Shown: positions 36,910 through 49,900, numbered from the stretch's first letter. The stretch: 64,000 bases of DNA from Takakia lepidozioides (GCA_030704615.1 CM060732.1:64418001-64482000), one strand, 5' to 3'. Made by a program: numbers and translations. The notes: generated by a model not told the origin, from the sequence alone.

Positions 36910-39301
36910 ATTTCCACCGCATGGCCAACACTCCGACAATGAACTCCATGAGCCTCTCGCTGTTAGCAGTTGCGATGAAGCTGGAAGGAGAAGAGACCTT
37001 AATTCACCAAAAACCAAGCTCAGGTGAGCTTTTAGTTGATTGCATCTGTTGAGGTCATCAGTGCAAACGTGCAAACTCATGATGAGGGTTTGGCTTCAGG
37101 CTAGTTGTTTCGTTCACAGGTGAGATTGAAACGTTGTGTTGGAGATTGGACTTTGATTTCTGACTTAATTTGATTGTGTCATGTTTCTGAGGAACAGGGG
37201 CATTGGTCCAGCAATGCCATCTGCTGACATGTTAGCTGCTGCAGCACGACTTCAGAAGCCGAGGCTCGTCTGAGGTGTGATCTGGTAGTGTTTCTAGTCT
37301 TTCTGATCAGCAAGTCCGCCAGTCTGTTCAAGTTCAGTTTGTTGCAAATTCGTGATTACTCAGAGACTTCTTCGTGATCCCCTTTTTCAGAGAGGCAGAG
37401 CTGGAGCTAGAAAATGATCCCTTCGTCAGACATCTTCGATGTGTATTTGTTCGTTCTTTGTCTTCATAGAAGCGTCCTACTGGATGGAGTGTTGTCCACT
37501 ATGTCGAAGCCATTACCAACTGTCTGCCGACATACACTAAACCCTAATTTCTGTTCCCAGATTCCTCCTGGTTTCCTAATACTGAGCTTTGCTTCTAGGA
37601 ATACTAGTTTCATACTGTTCAATGATCTTCTGCCAGATTCTGACTAGGTCGGTGGCTTTGCAGGTGATCAGAATGCTTTCTCGTGAAGTGAAGAACGCAT
37701 ATGATCTGCTGGGTGTGAAGTCAGATGTTGAACCTGCTGTCTTGAAGAAAAAGTGAGTCCCTTCTTGTTTGGATTTAATTTCGTTCTTTGTATCCACTAG
37801 TTAACTCCAAAGCATTTCAGACAGATGATTTTTTATTTATTTTGAGATCACATGATGTCTGATGCTCCCATATCTAACTTGGCCACTTCTTGTTGCAATG
37901 GTGCATACTACATTTCCATATTCTAAGCTGCTGGGTATTTTGTGAATATTCAGGTATTGGAAATTGTCTTTACTAGTGCATCCAGACAAGTGTAAACATC
38001 CACAAGCACACAAGGCCTTTATGGTACTAAACAAGGCATTCAAGGACCTTCAAGATCCCACAAAGGTTAGTGCCTTCATTTCTTTCTTGCCGACCTTCCT
38101 TGGTGCTAAGAGCTTGTTCAGTTCTAGGTATGTGTGTGGTATAGTACTCATGATCCTGTTAGAGGTGGTGAAAGATAACTTTCAGATGTGATGCATGAAG
38201 GCTTTTGCCAATAGTAATGTCTGACATGCTGTATTTCATGGGTGGATTCAGAGAGCTGAGATTAACCACAAGGTTGCTGAGGAGGTGGCCCGTGAAGAAT
38301 TTGTGGCTGAAATGCAGGCAAAATGTGATGCTGCACAATGAGGCGTGTACGAGGTAAACAGAACAGCTACTTTGATATGCCAGTCTCTCTTAGGATTTCC
38401 TTTCATGTTGGTTATCAAGATGTGTTTGATCTTTTGTAAAAATGTACCACTGGTGTAGTCTTATGTTGATTTTTATGTATCTGGGATCTGAGTTTTAATA
38501 CAGGAATGGTAGAAGAGGGTGATGACGAGTTGCTAAGAGGTCCTCCGGCAGCGGCTAGAGATGAATGGATGACAAGACTTCCGCCTCAGAGAGAGGTGTG
38601 CCTCTCGCGTGGTCATACGAGTGCTTGGACTGAGACGCCAGCAGACAAGGCTCAGAAGGCAAATATGCAGTGAGTTTTTTTGTTTTTTCCTCTTCATTTA
38701 GAGTAATATTTTAATATTTCTCTGATTCCCATGACTGCTTGTCTCCTCTTGGACAGACTACATTTCAAGATTTATTTCCTTATAAGTGGGTACCAGTATG
38801 CTTTTTCCCCATAATTTCATCATTGATATCTCAGTTTGATAGTAATAGTCTTCCGATTTTTCTTCTTTATCAAGTAAATTGCTCATACAACCTTGGATTG
38901 AATTCAGATATTTGGATGCCCTTAAGCAAGCTGCTTTCACAAATGATCCAGCTGACAAGTTTGAAGAGCGCGAGAAGGAGAGAGCAAAAGAGGCGCAGAT
39001 TATGGACTCGTATAACTCACACAAGAGGTCTCAGTCACTTATGGAGAAACATAATGTTGAGAGGTCGGCAGGTGGTAAGAAGAAAAGCAAGACAGCTGAG
39101 AAGCAGGCTGGCTTCCGGACTCGAGGAGCTAGCGTTAAGGAGCCGGATTGGAAGGTGAATCGCCCCTGGAAACCGTGGGATAGAGAGACAGATTTAGCAG
39201 CTGGAAAAAGACCTGTGAAGTTGGACCCCAAGAATTTCAAGGAAGCATTGTCATATAGGTTTGGGGGCTGTACAAACAACGAGACTAGGAAGTTTTTGTA
39301 A
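36910..39301 (+). pseudogene. Multi-exon DnaJ-domain / DUF3752 (GPALPP1-like) gene, apparently disrupted
   Basis: [47 protein letters not shown] and WKPWDRETDL lie on GT-AG exons. There is an apparent frameshift near 37250 and a stop near 38340. The 5' end is unresolved. Confidence 0.8.
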
Positions 39302-40257
39302 GAATTGTAGCCTTAGCAGCACTAGGGTAGAAGCAACCCACAATCAACTACAAACCCTGAACTAACATGGTACAGGATTTTACTGACTGACATTACCAAC
39401 ATGGCATTGCACCAAACTAATCATGGAGTATAAAGATCGATCTTGTATAGTATTCTGGCGTGAATGCGTCAAACCAATTGGTTAAGGGTCGAGAGGTTGT
39501 CATCTGCTCAATTGCTTGTAAGACTTGGGACGATAGGATCTAGGTGCAATCAGTTGGGCATATAATCCCGCAATGCTTGGGCCCTAAACAGCCAGCCACT
39601 ACAACCATAGAACTACAATTCACTTCAAGTAAAACTCTTAGGTCGAGAGCCCCATGTAAACATGCCAAACTGGGTAAATGAGTTGGGGTACATAGTAAGG
39701 AAACATATTTACCTGTCTAAACGTCTAAACCTTGCAATTAATGGTACAAATGAATCTAAGTATGGCATGAATCACTTTGTCCAATTTTACTTTAATCTAC
39801 TGGTGCACAAAATTATACTTTTATAACCAATGATATAGTTGTGAGAAATGAAACCTCGTTAGGGCAACTAATACATTCATTCATTAATCATTAGTTTACA
39901 TATCACCACAGTGCTGGTATGTGTTCCTCCAGTCGTATTCATAATCAAGTACACATCGCTCTATATGCAAAGACTGTGACAGTAGGCAAACACACACAAT
40001 TTTCCAATCCACTAAGTAGTAGTAGATCAATCATTTATATATCCCAGTAAGAGTGGTACGTACTCCTCCAGTTGCATTCTTAATCACTTCTTGGGGGGCT
40101 CACTCCCCGTATTTTCAAAACCCGCGTGATAACAAATATAGGGTGTAGTTTATTTTTTTGAGGTAAATTTTAGAGAAAAGTTTTATTTAAAAAATATGGT
40201 TGGGCAATATCCTTTCATCCATTTTTTTTTTTTAAATGTCACAAAAAATCCAAAGTT

Positions 40258-42848
40258 TTACTTAAAAACGCCCCGAGGTTGAGTGCGGATGTTCATATTT
40301 GTTCTCCATGAATCGCCGTCGCCTCCGGGCATGTCCTCAATTCTTCTCTTCACCGGCCGGCTGCGGACATCGCCCTCCAGGCAGTTCCCCCGACTGTGTA
40401 ACGGCGTTGACCTTATTGTTTCCCACAATGCAGCAGTCCATTTTTTGGGGTCGGTCGAACGATGCGTCGCCCTCATCAGCATCTCATGCCTGTCTGGTCC
40501 GATACCCCATTGCTTTCCTCCCAGAAATTGGTAGTAACCAGATTGTTGCATGATGACCCTCACAATATCTTCTGTTGTTGCTGTCAACATGTCAACGAGA
40601 TGTGCCGCAGAGGAAGCACGCCAGGAAGAGTGCACCGATTCGGCCATGTTTGTCGTCGGCATATCCGTGTCATCCTCCAAGCTCATGTCATGTTGAAGGA
40701 AATTAGAAATGTCACTCATTGTGAAGAATGTCCAAGCACAAAACAGAACAATTATCAAGTACAGAAATGTGTTATCTGTCTCATGTAGTCTCCAAACTGC
40801 CGGAATCTATAATGTCACCACGCAAGCCACATTTGCAGTTCTGGCTGATCTTTCACATCCACTGCCCCTGAAGACACCTAGCAGGCGCGTATGGTTGCAA
40901 ACTCGGTCTCCGCCTCGTCGATGGAATTCGCATTTTTCCACGCAAGGCACATACTGATATAATCCTGCCGGTGGCGTGACGCCACGAACCTTTTTGTGTT
41001 TTGCGTCAAACTCTGCTTGAAGTGAAACCCGCAAGATCTCTCTTTACCTTCCATTAGAGTCTTTGGGTCGTCCCCATATACCCTTCTCACTGCAGCCCAG
41101 TTCGCCTGGGCATTGTCAGCCATGAAGCCCCTAAAATCGAGAGGGGGCAACTTCGCTCTCGCCATTTGCTCATTAATTCCGCGCCACATATGTAACTCCG
41201 AATCTGTGTCTTCTCTTTTCATTTTGCAGATAGCAATGGTCATCAACTTTCTGCAATGTGGGTCGTATACATGTGCCCCCATTGTCACCCAATCGTGGTT
41301 GGTAATTCGCCTGATGTGGTCGAACATGACCCAACAATTTGAGAGGTCTCCACTGGTCATCCGCTTCACCAAATCGACACCGCTCCCCGGTCCGCACGTT
41401 GACATCTTAAATATGAAGCACCTGTCCGTCTCTGAGCCTTGACCAGGAAAGAAGCTGCCCTAGATGAAGTCGTAGCCGCATGTGCGCTTCACTTCCAAGA
41501 TGGAGTGCATGTCTGATCCTCTTCCGATTCGTTTCTTGTAGCAGACAATGTGGTTCCTGACATTGGGGCTACACACATGGGAGACAGCTTCCAGCAGCTT
41601 CTTCATGTCCCCCTCGCCCAGCTTCTTCATGTCCCCCTCGCCCAGCTTCTCTCTTGTGCTTCCATCCTCCGACATTATTCTGCCTATTGCAATTCTATGT
41701 GCGGATGCGAACTGTATCTGCTTTGGTTTTGCTCCCAGCCTCAACCTCACCTCCTCCTTGATAATATCGTGGGCTTGTTGAAAAGCGACTCTGCAATTGC
41801 CTCTGGCGACGGGGTGGTCATGCTTTCCGATGTGAATGCATGCTCTGGTGCACGCTGGGCCGACGGTCCCGACGTAGTACTGCTTGGCGTTGCACACTGC
41901 CATGCATATAGGGGTTGCGTTGCAATGGGCATACTTGAAAGTCCCTGTATGAACTCTACCTTGAGGCCAAAATAGGGTCGACGAATTGCCAATCCAGTCT
42001 GTCTCATTCCGGGTGCCTTTGCTCGTGTAGTGATAACATGTGCTCGAGAAACATTTAACATGTCCAGCACACAATACATATCTGACTCGAACTCCATCAT
42101 CCAGATTGGACGATGAAGTTTTGGTGACACACCATGGGTGGCCGTCATGTTTCTTGTTCATTCCTGCCAGCATTCCATCTGGGCCTGCGCCTGGTGGCAC
42201 TGGAGGGAACTCGTAGATAGCATTCTCATCCACAACTTCAGGCAAAGTTTCCACAGAATGGATTGGAGTTTTGTCGTAATCAAGCCTAAGAAGATCACTG
42301 GAGCGGGAACCCGCTGTCGTCATCCTCCGCAATATGTCGATTACTGAGCGGACGGGAGTTGAGTCCGAGGGTGTGTGCTCATTGTCTGCCGACATCTGCA
42401 CACTCATACTGACGGACGACTTCGAAACATACGATGGAAGGACCATACAGTCTTTATCGTCACTGGATAAGTTGTGGACGACTGTTTCCCTGGAAAGTGC
42501 ACCCACCGACGAGCTATGGAGCGGCAAATCCTCGATTTCTTTTTTCACATGTTTGGGCTTCTCTGCTTATGAAGAGGTGCCCACATCCCTCATGGCTGAC
42601 TTCACATCTTGCACGCCAGACCCTCTTGTGGAAGGAGGATCAACCAAGTTCCAGCGTGAGAACTCTTTAGGCACGATTTCACCAATTGCACTGTACCGGA
42701 TAGATTCAGAAGCTGGGAGCCGCCATTCTTTGCCCTTTCCGAAATCTGCATGCAGAATGATGGCACTTTCCAGAAAATTCCCATAAACATCCTTCGTCTC
42801 TTCTTCCAAAAACACCGTACCCGGGCGGAGCCCGAACTTCACACACAA
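40258..42848 (-). pseudogene. MULE/Mutator-like DDE transposase with an N-terminal GCM/WRKY-like zinc domain
   Basis: ORFs 42567-42848, 41460-42548 and 40878-41405 are in one frame, separated by single stops. Motifs: Cys-rich region ending IHIGKHDHP, WVMFDH (D1), FMADNAQANWAAV (D2), SCGFH (CxxH) and TTNMAESVH (E), the last after a decayed intron at ~40693-40776. Confidence 0.8.
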
Positions 42849-43182
42849 GTGCTGCTAAGTGACAATCGCAAATCCTTGGTCGCAGGGTATTTTAGCTTTC
42901 AGAGAATCAGGATGGAAGTACACGTTTACCCAAACACGAGAGTCCATGTTGAAGACAACAACTCTGGGTAGGCTCCGCAGCGAAGTCCTGCAATGAGAAA
43001 AGTGTGTCCTACATAATACCACAATCATTTTTTGGAGGATTCTGTATCCAGCAGGATGGATGATCATTGCAGGTATGGATGAAGGTGTGTAACGTACGTC
43101 ACAAATACGGACGACTACTGGAAATTGGGTGCCTGAATTGTGATGTACCACCAGTTGGGCTACAATAAATCAGGTCTTCTCA

Positions 43183-44450
43183 TGATTTCGGCACCGAAAT
43201 CCGGATGAACATCTCTGTCATGTAACAGATATAGAAGCCACGGGATGAATTTCGCCGACAGAATTTCGGGATTAGTTCACCTCATGAAACTGAGCTAGCA
43301 CCCAACGGATGGATTTCGGTGCCGAAATTCGGATGAACATGTTCTTCATGAAATTATTTCTGCACATAAAGGATGAATTTCGGCGCCGAAATACGGATGA
43401 ATGTGTTCCTCAGTAGAGTCATGATTCACCACGTGTACGGATTTCGGTGCCGAAATCCGGATGACGGTAACCCTGAATGGACAGTAGGGATGAATTTCGG
43501 CGCCGAAATTCATCGTTCGCATGGAAAAAATATTATTGGAGAGAGGACGGTGGATGGATTTCGGCGCCGAAATTCATTATTATTCTACTTTTTCCTAAGT
43601 TTTTTGTTGTCCTGCAAATGAATTTTGGCGCCGAAATTCATCCGAAGTCCTCCCTCCATTATTATTTTCCTTTGCGAGCGCTGAATTTCGGTGCCGAAAT
43701 TCATCCAAAGTCCTCCCTCCAATAATTATTTTTCTTTGCGAGCGATGAATTTCGGCGCCGAAATTCATCCCTACTGTCGGCAAAGGGTAACTCCAATATT
43801 ACATTTTCCATGCGACGAATGAATTTCGGCGCCGAAATTCATCCGAACCCGACACTTACTTCTTGCTTCTGGATGATGTAAGGTTCCGAAATTCGTATGA
43901 AATAACCCATTCAGACAGAGAAAACACGAATATTCTGCATTAAATGGAGAAATCGGCACATTTAACCCCTTATGTCTTTCAAAAGGCTGTTATCCAATGA
44001 CGTAAGGGGATATTTTCTGATTAGAGAAAATTTAATTGCATTTTAGCCGTTGATTTCATTTGAAACCGACTATATCCATTAAGCGGTCATTTTTCGTACA
44101 GGAGGTTGCCGCAAATAAAGTATAATTTCGGCGCCGAAATTATACTTAACAGTCCAGACATGGCAAGTCCAACAGGCATGGACAGCAACCGTGATGGGCA
44201 CTGATGACAAGAAAGCGTGGCATGATGTCGGTTTACTGTTCGAGCTGGATGTATTTCGGCGCCGAAATATGGATGAAATGTATCCAAGTGCAGCGTTCTG
44301 CACAGTTCCGGAATTAATTCCGGATCTGATATCCGACTGACAGGTGTGCTGATGACGGATGAGGACTGGGGAAGCGATGAATTTTGGCGCCGAAATTGAA
44401 ATGTTTGTGTATGAAAGCACTTGCAAGGATGAATTTCGGAGCTGAAATTC
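43183..44450. repeat. Array of ~15 palindromes (GAT)GAATTTCGGCGCCGAAATTC(ATC)
   Basis: Core positions 43189, 43253, 43317, 43381, 43445, 43498, 43562, 43626, 43689, 43753, 43827, 44129, 44257, 44385 and 44437; some copies are degenerate. Confidence 0.95.
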
Positions 44451-45121
44451 ATCCGTCCGCTAATGAAACGTGCCGACCTGACTGTTGAATGTCGGTTGGC
44501 GGTTTGATTTCATGGCGGTTGGGGTTTCATGATGTGCGGGTAGTGCATTCAATGTTGGCTGCTCCGGGAACAGCATCCGGTGAACGGAACGGTATTCGGC
44601 GCCGCAATTCGGATAAAGCGTCTTCTACCGGTGGCTTGAACAGGCACGCGTCGCATTCCAGAACAACTTCATCCGTCTGAACGTGTCAGGGGTCGCAATC
44701 TCTTTATCACCCATACGGCGGAAAGTGGTGGACAGTGGCAACGCTTGGGGAGACGTGGCTGCTTGCGCATCTGCTCGTGCACAGTGGTTGCATATTCCAC
44801 CGTTTCGCTCTCTCACTCCTTGCCCTTCTGCGGTGACATTCTCCTGCGTTTCCTCTCTTTATGCAGCAGAGTGATAGCCTAGAGTTTGTGGAAGGTCAGG
44901 CGACTCCGGCGTAGAGAAGGAGGACGCGGGATTTTGGGAAGCCGCCGACGACACGACTGAAGCTCTGTCTCATGCAGGAAATGCAGACCTCGTTATCCGG
45001 AGACTCGGATCGCCCACCAGTGAGAGATTCGTGCTTCGCGGATGTGAAGCCCTCATACGCACTATTCCTTTTACACCTTTTTTTTTGCGTGCAGTGTGTC
45101 ATGTTTTCCTGTTTGTTTGAC

Positions 45122-47200
45122 ATGGGAGCTGGGGAGGGATCGCAGGGGGGCGACCCGACACAGTCAACTTTGGGTACTTCTGCCCGGGTGCTGCGCTCGC
45201 AAGCTGGAAGTGCGTCGAGGCAGGCGACTCCTCACAGAACACCTCAGAAATTGCCTCAGAAAAGCGCACCTAGAGTGCGGAAGCCGAGGAAGCAAAAGGA
45301 GCCCATGGCTTCGCTTGTAAAACCACTAGGGAGACTGGAAGCCGAGATATTGGGTTTGCAGGCAGTTTCACAAAACACGGATGCGGTGGAGACCGCTGGA
45401 AATGTCGGACTCGGATCTGCAGAAGGGCGGCCCATTGAGCTGACAGAAGCTGAAGACGACAACGTGGTGCGACTTGACGACTTCCCAGGAGATCAGAACC
45501 CGGTGGAGCTTGCGGAGGAGCAAAACCTCCAGGACAGCAGACAGACTGATGAGAGAGGTGAGAGAAGTGAGAGAGGTGATAGAAGTCAAAAACTGGTGGC
45601 GGGTATGCTCATGAGCGCACGAGACATGAACATAGCAACAAACAGGTTGCTGGCAGAGTCTCATAGCAACATAGGCCACGTTTTGGGCTCCATGGTGTAT
45701 CCGGAGAACCTCAAAATTCCTTTGTGTTGCATGGTTAGCCTTCCAGTTGTAAGGCAAGCACTGCCAGGGGACATCGACCGACTGAAGCACAACTTCAGAG
45801 AGGGGTACAGACGGGGGTCGGCAGCGCTTCAGAATTGGAGCCCCCACTAGCGCACTGTAAATGCCGAGTTTGAAGCCTCTCTGAAGAGTAATCCCACATT
45901 CGCACACATGGCAGGGAAGATGTTCTTTGTCTGGGACGGGAATCACAGGATGCTTGCCTGGACAGAGTACATTGCTGAAATGCATCCACAAGATATCAAT
46001 TGGCATTACATGGTGGACTGCATTGTCATGAAGGTGGACGGGAAGGACAGAGGACTGCTGAAGGGTGCCATGGTGGATATAAATCTGTAAGTATACTACT
46101 ACATCCTTGTGTAGTGCCTATTGCGGCACCAAAATAGGCAATGTTCTTGACATTCACCCACTCTATGAACTGGAAATTGGATTGTTGTGCCGAAATCTGG
46201 TTATTTTTGTATCATATTTTCATGTTGTTGTTTTTTTTTTTCCTCCATGGCAGGGTAACAGAGAGGGCCTTCGTAGAAACTCACCTGGCACATATGCTCT
46301 ACAGAGTGCAAGAAGTGGGCACAGCACCGCTGACGGACTTCCAAAAATCCCTCGATCCCGAGCTGTATAGGAAGTCCCTTGCGAAAGCGGATCTATCTGC
46401 TGGGTATGGGAATGCAGACAAAAATTAGGGATGACTTATGCCAAAAGGCAGTTCTTTGAGAGTGATGCCCCCAACAAGGCAGACGCGTCGATAGAGAGTC
46501 ACATTGTGCAGGCATGGAGGCAATCACGGACCAAGTACAGGTCGAAACTTGTGAAGCAAGTTGCAATCGTTGACCCTAGCCTTGGTGCCGAGTTCCTGGC
46601 GGAGATAGGACTGCATTACTCCAGACCCATGAAACCGGAAATGTCCATGGAGAAACTTCATCATATCGCAGTATCCTGTGTTGAGCCGGCGGAGAAGGTT
46701 AGCATGTGTTTGTTCTTGTTTTGTGTCTTCTCGCGATTCTCATGATGAGGTTCTTTTGTCTGACCGATGTTAGGCCATGCAGACGAGGTGGCTGCGAATC
46801 TGGAACGGCCATACAAACACGAAGCTGCTGTATCACTTTCCCATCGAGCCAACTGACGACAAAATGAATGACTGGCTAAATGTGATGACTTGGTGGCATC
46901 AGGTATAATGTCCTCCTCTTCTGTGTGTTGGACATCATCGCAATTTCAAATTCATGAATGTTTTGGAGACCTGTAATGTTGCAGGTACTAACCCACGCCT
47001 AGGAGCAATTGGATTGCAACACCACCACTTTCAAGTTACAGATCGACTGAACGAAATCGGAGATAATGGAGAACTACGTGCAGTCCTGGCGAGGGCGCTT
47101 CGCAAACCTCTTTTTCAGAGAAATTGCAAAGGCAAGACGCAACGTATACATCGAAGAGCAGGAGGGTGCCGACAAAGCGGCAATACAAGTCATGTTCAGG
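45122..47200 (+). pseudogene. Intron-containing gene with a ParB/Sulfiredoxin-like N-terminal domain
   Basis: VRQALPGDIDRLKHNFREGY and, in the same frame past a premature TAG, MFFVWDGNHRMLAW. The GT-AG intron 46087-46253 splices in frame; further introns lie at ~46698-46781 and ~46904-46984. Confidence 0.65.
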
Positions 47201-47460
47201 TAATCTGCTGCCAATGCATCCTCCTATTTGCAGTTTTGAGAATTTAGCCAAGCAGTGGTGGGTATTGCGGCGCCGAAATATCCATTTGCAAGATGTGAAT
47301 GCTGGGTATATTTCGGTGCTGAAATACCTTCTGCATTCAGAACTTCCTCTTGCATCATTACAATAGAATCCGGCTTTTACGTTTGCTATTTTCCAGTCGT
47401 ATCAGCCTTTTCTGACTGCATGTCTGCCCAATAAGATAAACCCAGTCAGTTGTGACAAAT

Positions 47461-47523
47461 GAGTCGTAAGTGTCATTGAGTCGTAAGTGTCATTGAGTCG
47501 TAAGTGTCATTGAGTCGTAAGTG
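47461..47523. repeat. 17-bp tandem repeat GAGTCGTAAGTGTCATT, ~3.7 copies
   Basis: Read directly. Confidence 0.95.
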
Positions 47524-48339
47524 CCAGTTGTGGAGCTCACTGTTGATGTGGCAATGGGGACGCCTAATCATAGTCATTGATAAGACCGTAGTAAATGACT
47601 GCGAATCCATGTCAGCTTCACGTGGAACGGAAGGGATATGTCACGTGTCATGTCAAAGGGAAGGCGACATGGTCTTTACGACTGGCACATATGACTTCCG
47701 CAGATTAACCCCAGGACAACACGTGGAGAAGACTGGACATGACACGTGGAATCAAATTATGCAGGATGGGGGTGGTTGTTATGATTGGAGCATATGACTT
47801 CCATGGCTCACTCTAGATACTGCATGTGGCACGAGTATGGGCGAACACGAGGGGTGAAAGTGGCACGTGGTGGAGGCTCTGTGGATGGGAGGTAGTCGTG
47901 TGCATGACCGTAGTCATGGGCCTAACTCTAGCAGCATTGAAACATGAAAACACCATTGAAACATGAAAGCACATTTGAAATTGGAACATCAATTCAAATA
48001 CAACGTGACTTAATGTTCAAAGATCCGTTCCATAATCTAATCCGGTGCTGCTACAAAAATGCACAAAGCTGCAAAGTCTATGTAGACTTCCAAATGCCTG
48101 AGCAGAAGATGCATACACTGACATCTCTCGAACTTCAGCAATCCACTACCTTCATTAGCAGTGCCTGATTTTATCAATTGTGCCGCTGCTGCTGCGGCTT
48201 CCAGTTGACCATCTACCCATGCAGGTTTCTTCTAGCTATCCTTCCACAATGAATCATAGGTAATCTGGAGCTTGAAAATCCGGCCCTCTTGGATGAATCG
48301 GCGCCCACACTCTATCCCTGCTCCTTCAGCTATCCATGC

Positions 48340-49330
48340 CCACGAGGGTATTGTTCATAATCACATCTGGTACAATTCCAGCTTTGGTGATGCAACCATG
48401 TACCTCTTTGCATGTGCTTTCCAGGGCTGCCAGGCTTGCACACGCACTGCAAATGCACACAAACATGATGTGGTTGAGTTTCACCATTTCCCCCATCATT
48501 TGCTTTCAGGTCTCCAAAGCCCCATCCCGCGCTCCTGCTCTGCACGCCCTCACCACAAAGGGCATATTTCATAATGATATCAATTCAATTCCAGCTTGGA
48601 CGATGTCACCACGAACCCCGTCTTCACTCATTGCCTACTCTAGTTAAGTGCAATTATGGGCTAGGCTGATACCACATCTCATAGCCATATTATCAAACTG
48701 CATGTCATTTGTATCATTGTAGTTGTACCCAAACTTGGCATACATGTCCACTACGACAACATTCAGAATCACATCAGATACAATACTAGCTTTGACGATA
48801 TTACCGTGGACCTCTGTACCATTTTTCAGGGCTGCCAGGCTTGCATTTGATATACATATCCACCAAGGCAGTGTTTAGAGACATCTAGTGGTACAATTCC
48901 AGCTTTGACAATGTCACCATGGACCGTTGCGTCCTTTCCAGGGCTACCAGGCTCGCATTTGACATACATGTACACCAAAGGAATGTTTAGAATGACATCA
49001 GGTACAATTCCAGCTTTGATGATGTCACCATGAACCTCTTGGCCCCTTCCCAGGGCTTCTAGGCTCGCATATGCATATTATAAACACAAATGAACATGAC
49101 CTGGTCTGGCTTCATCCTTTCCCATATCATTTGCTCTTAGGTTTCCAAAGCCTTAATCCCACACCCATGTTGCACATATCTTGCAATCATGGCACTCCAC
49201 AACACCACATCTCATTTAGCCATGTTGTCGAACTCTCCCTTCGCATCAGGCTTGCTGCACCCACATTTGGCATACATGTCCACCAGGGCAGTGTTCAGAA
49301 TGACAACTAGTACAATTTCAGCTTTGACGA
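48340..49330 (-). pseudogene. Cluster of degenerate PLS-class PPR fragments
   Basis: Repeated ACASL..L.KGKEVHG.IVKAGIVPDVILN.LVDMYAKCG-type motifs with frameshifts. Confidence 0.8.
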
Positions 49331-49567
49331 TGGCAAATGGCCAAGAGTTATCCCAATATCCCGCTACCAATGAGTTCAATGCATATCCTTGTCACATTGG
49401 CAGTATCATGTCAAAGTCACTCCCAACTACATTAACTCAACAGCTAAATTGCAGAATTCAACATGAAAATTGACACTAGAAGCATTCGTGTCATTTACCA
49501 CTGGGGTAACGACTCATTTTGAGTCATAAAAGTCAAAAAATTGGGATCGATTGGAAGTTACAAACGA

Positions 49568-49900
49568 CTAGTTACAACAGACGTGGTAGTTGGGTTGGAC
49601 ATCTAATGATTGGAGTGGTAAAGGACGCAGACGCGTGAACAACTGCTCAACGATTAATGCGATTAATGCTGAAGAACCACGTGGCGTAACCAAGCGGGCC
49701 GCCCGTGTGTCTGACCTTTTGGGCTGACTTTGACTTTTCCCTCCGGATGAGTGGACCGACTCACCGAAGCGCGGTGACACATGGACGCGGACGTGTATGA
49801 CGATGTGGACGCCGACGTGGCGGCACCACAATGAGCAGCACTATTGCCACGTGGCCACGGGCCTGGGGCGCCACGTGGTAGTAGACCACATAACTTGCAG
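49568..49900. mobile_element. Short GC-rich, CACGTG-rich insertion (non-autonomous element-like)
   Basis: Abrupt CpG-rich block with many (C)ACGTG/CCACGTGG motifs, starting CTAGTTA and ending near TAACTTG. Confidence 0.4.

Larger units (their letters stand above)
40090..47931. mobile_element. Mutator-like DNA element with divergent transposase and ParB-like genes around a palindrome array; boundaries approximate, no TIR pair found
   Basis: The same palindrome occurs between the genes, in an intron of the ParB-like gene and downstream of it. Both genes show the same decay pattern. Confidence 0.65.

Noticed and set aside
43183-43850. CRISPR array (palindromic repeats at ~64-bp period with variable spacers)
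   Set aside because: Several spacers are related to each other or inverted, the repeats are loop-less perfect palindromes that also occur singly in introns, and no cas genes are present.
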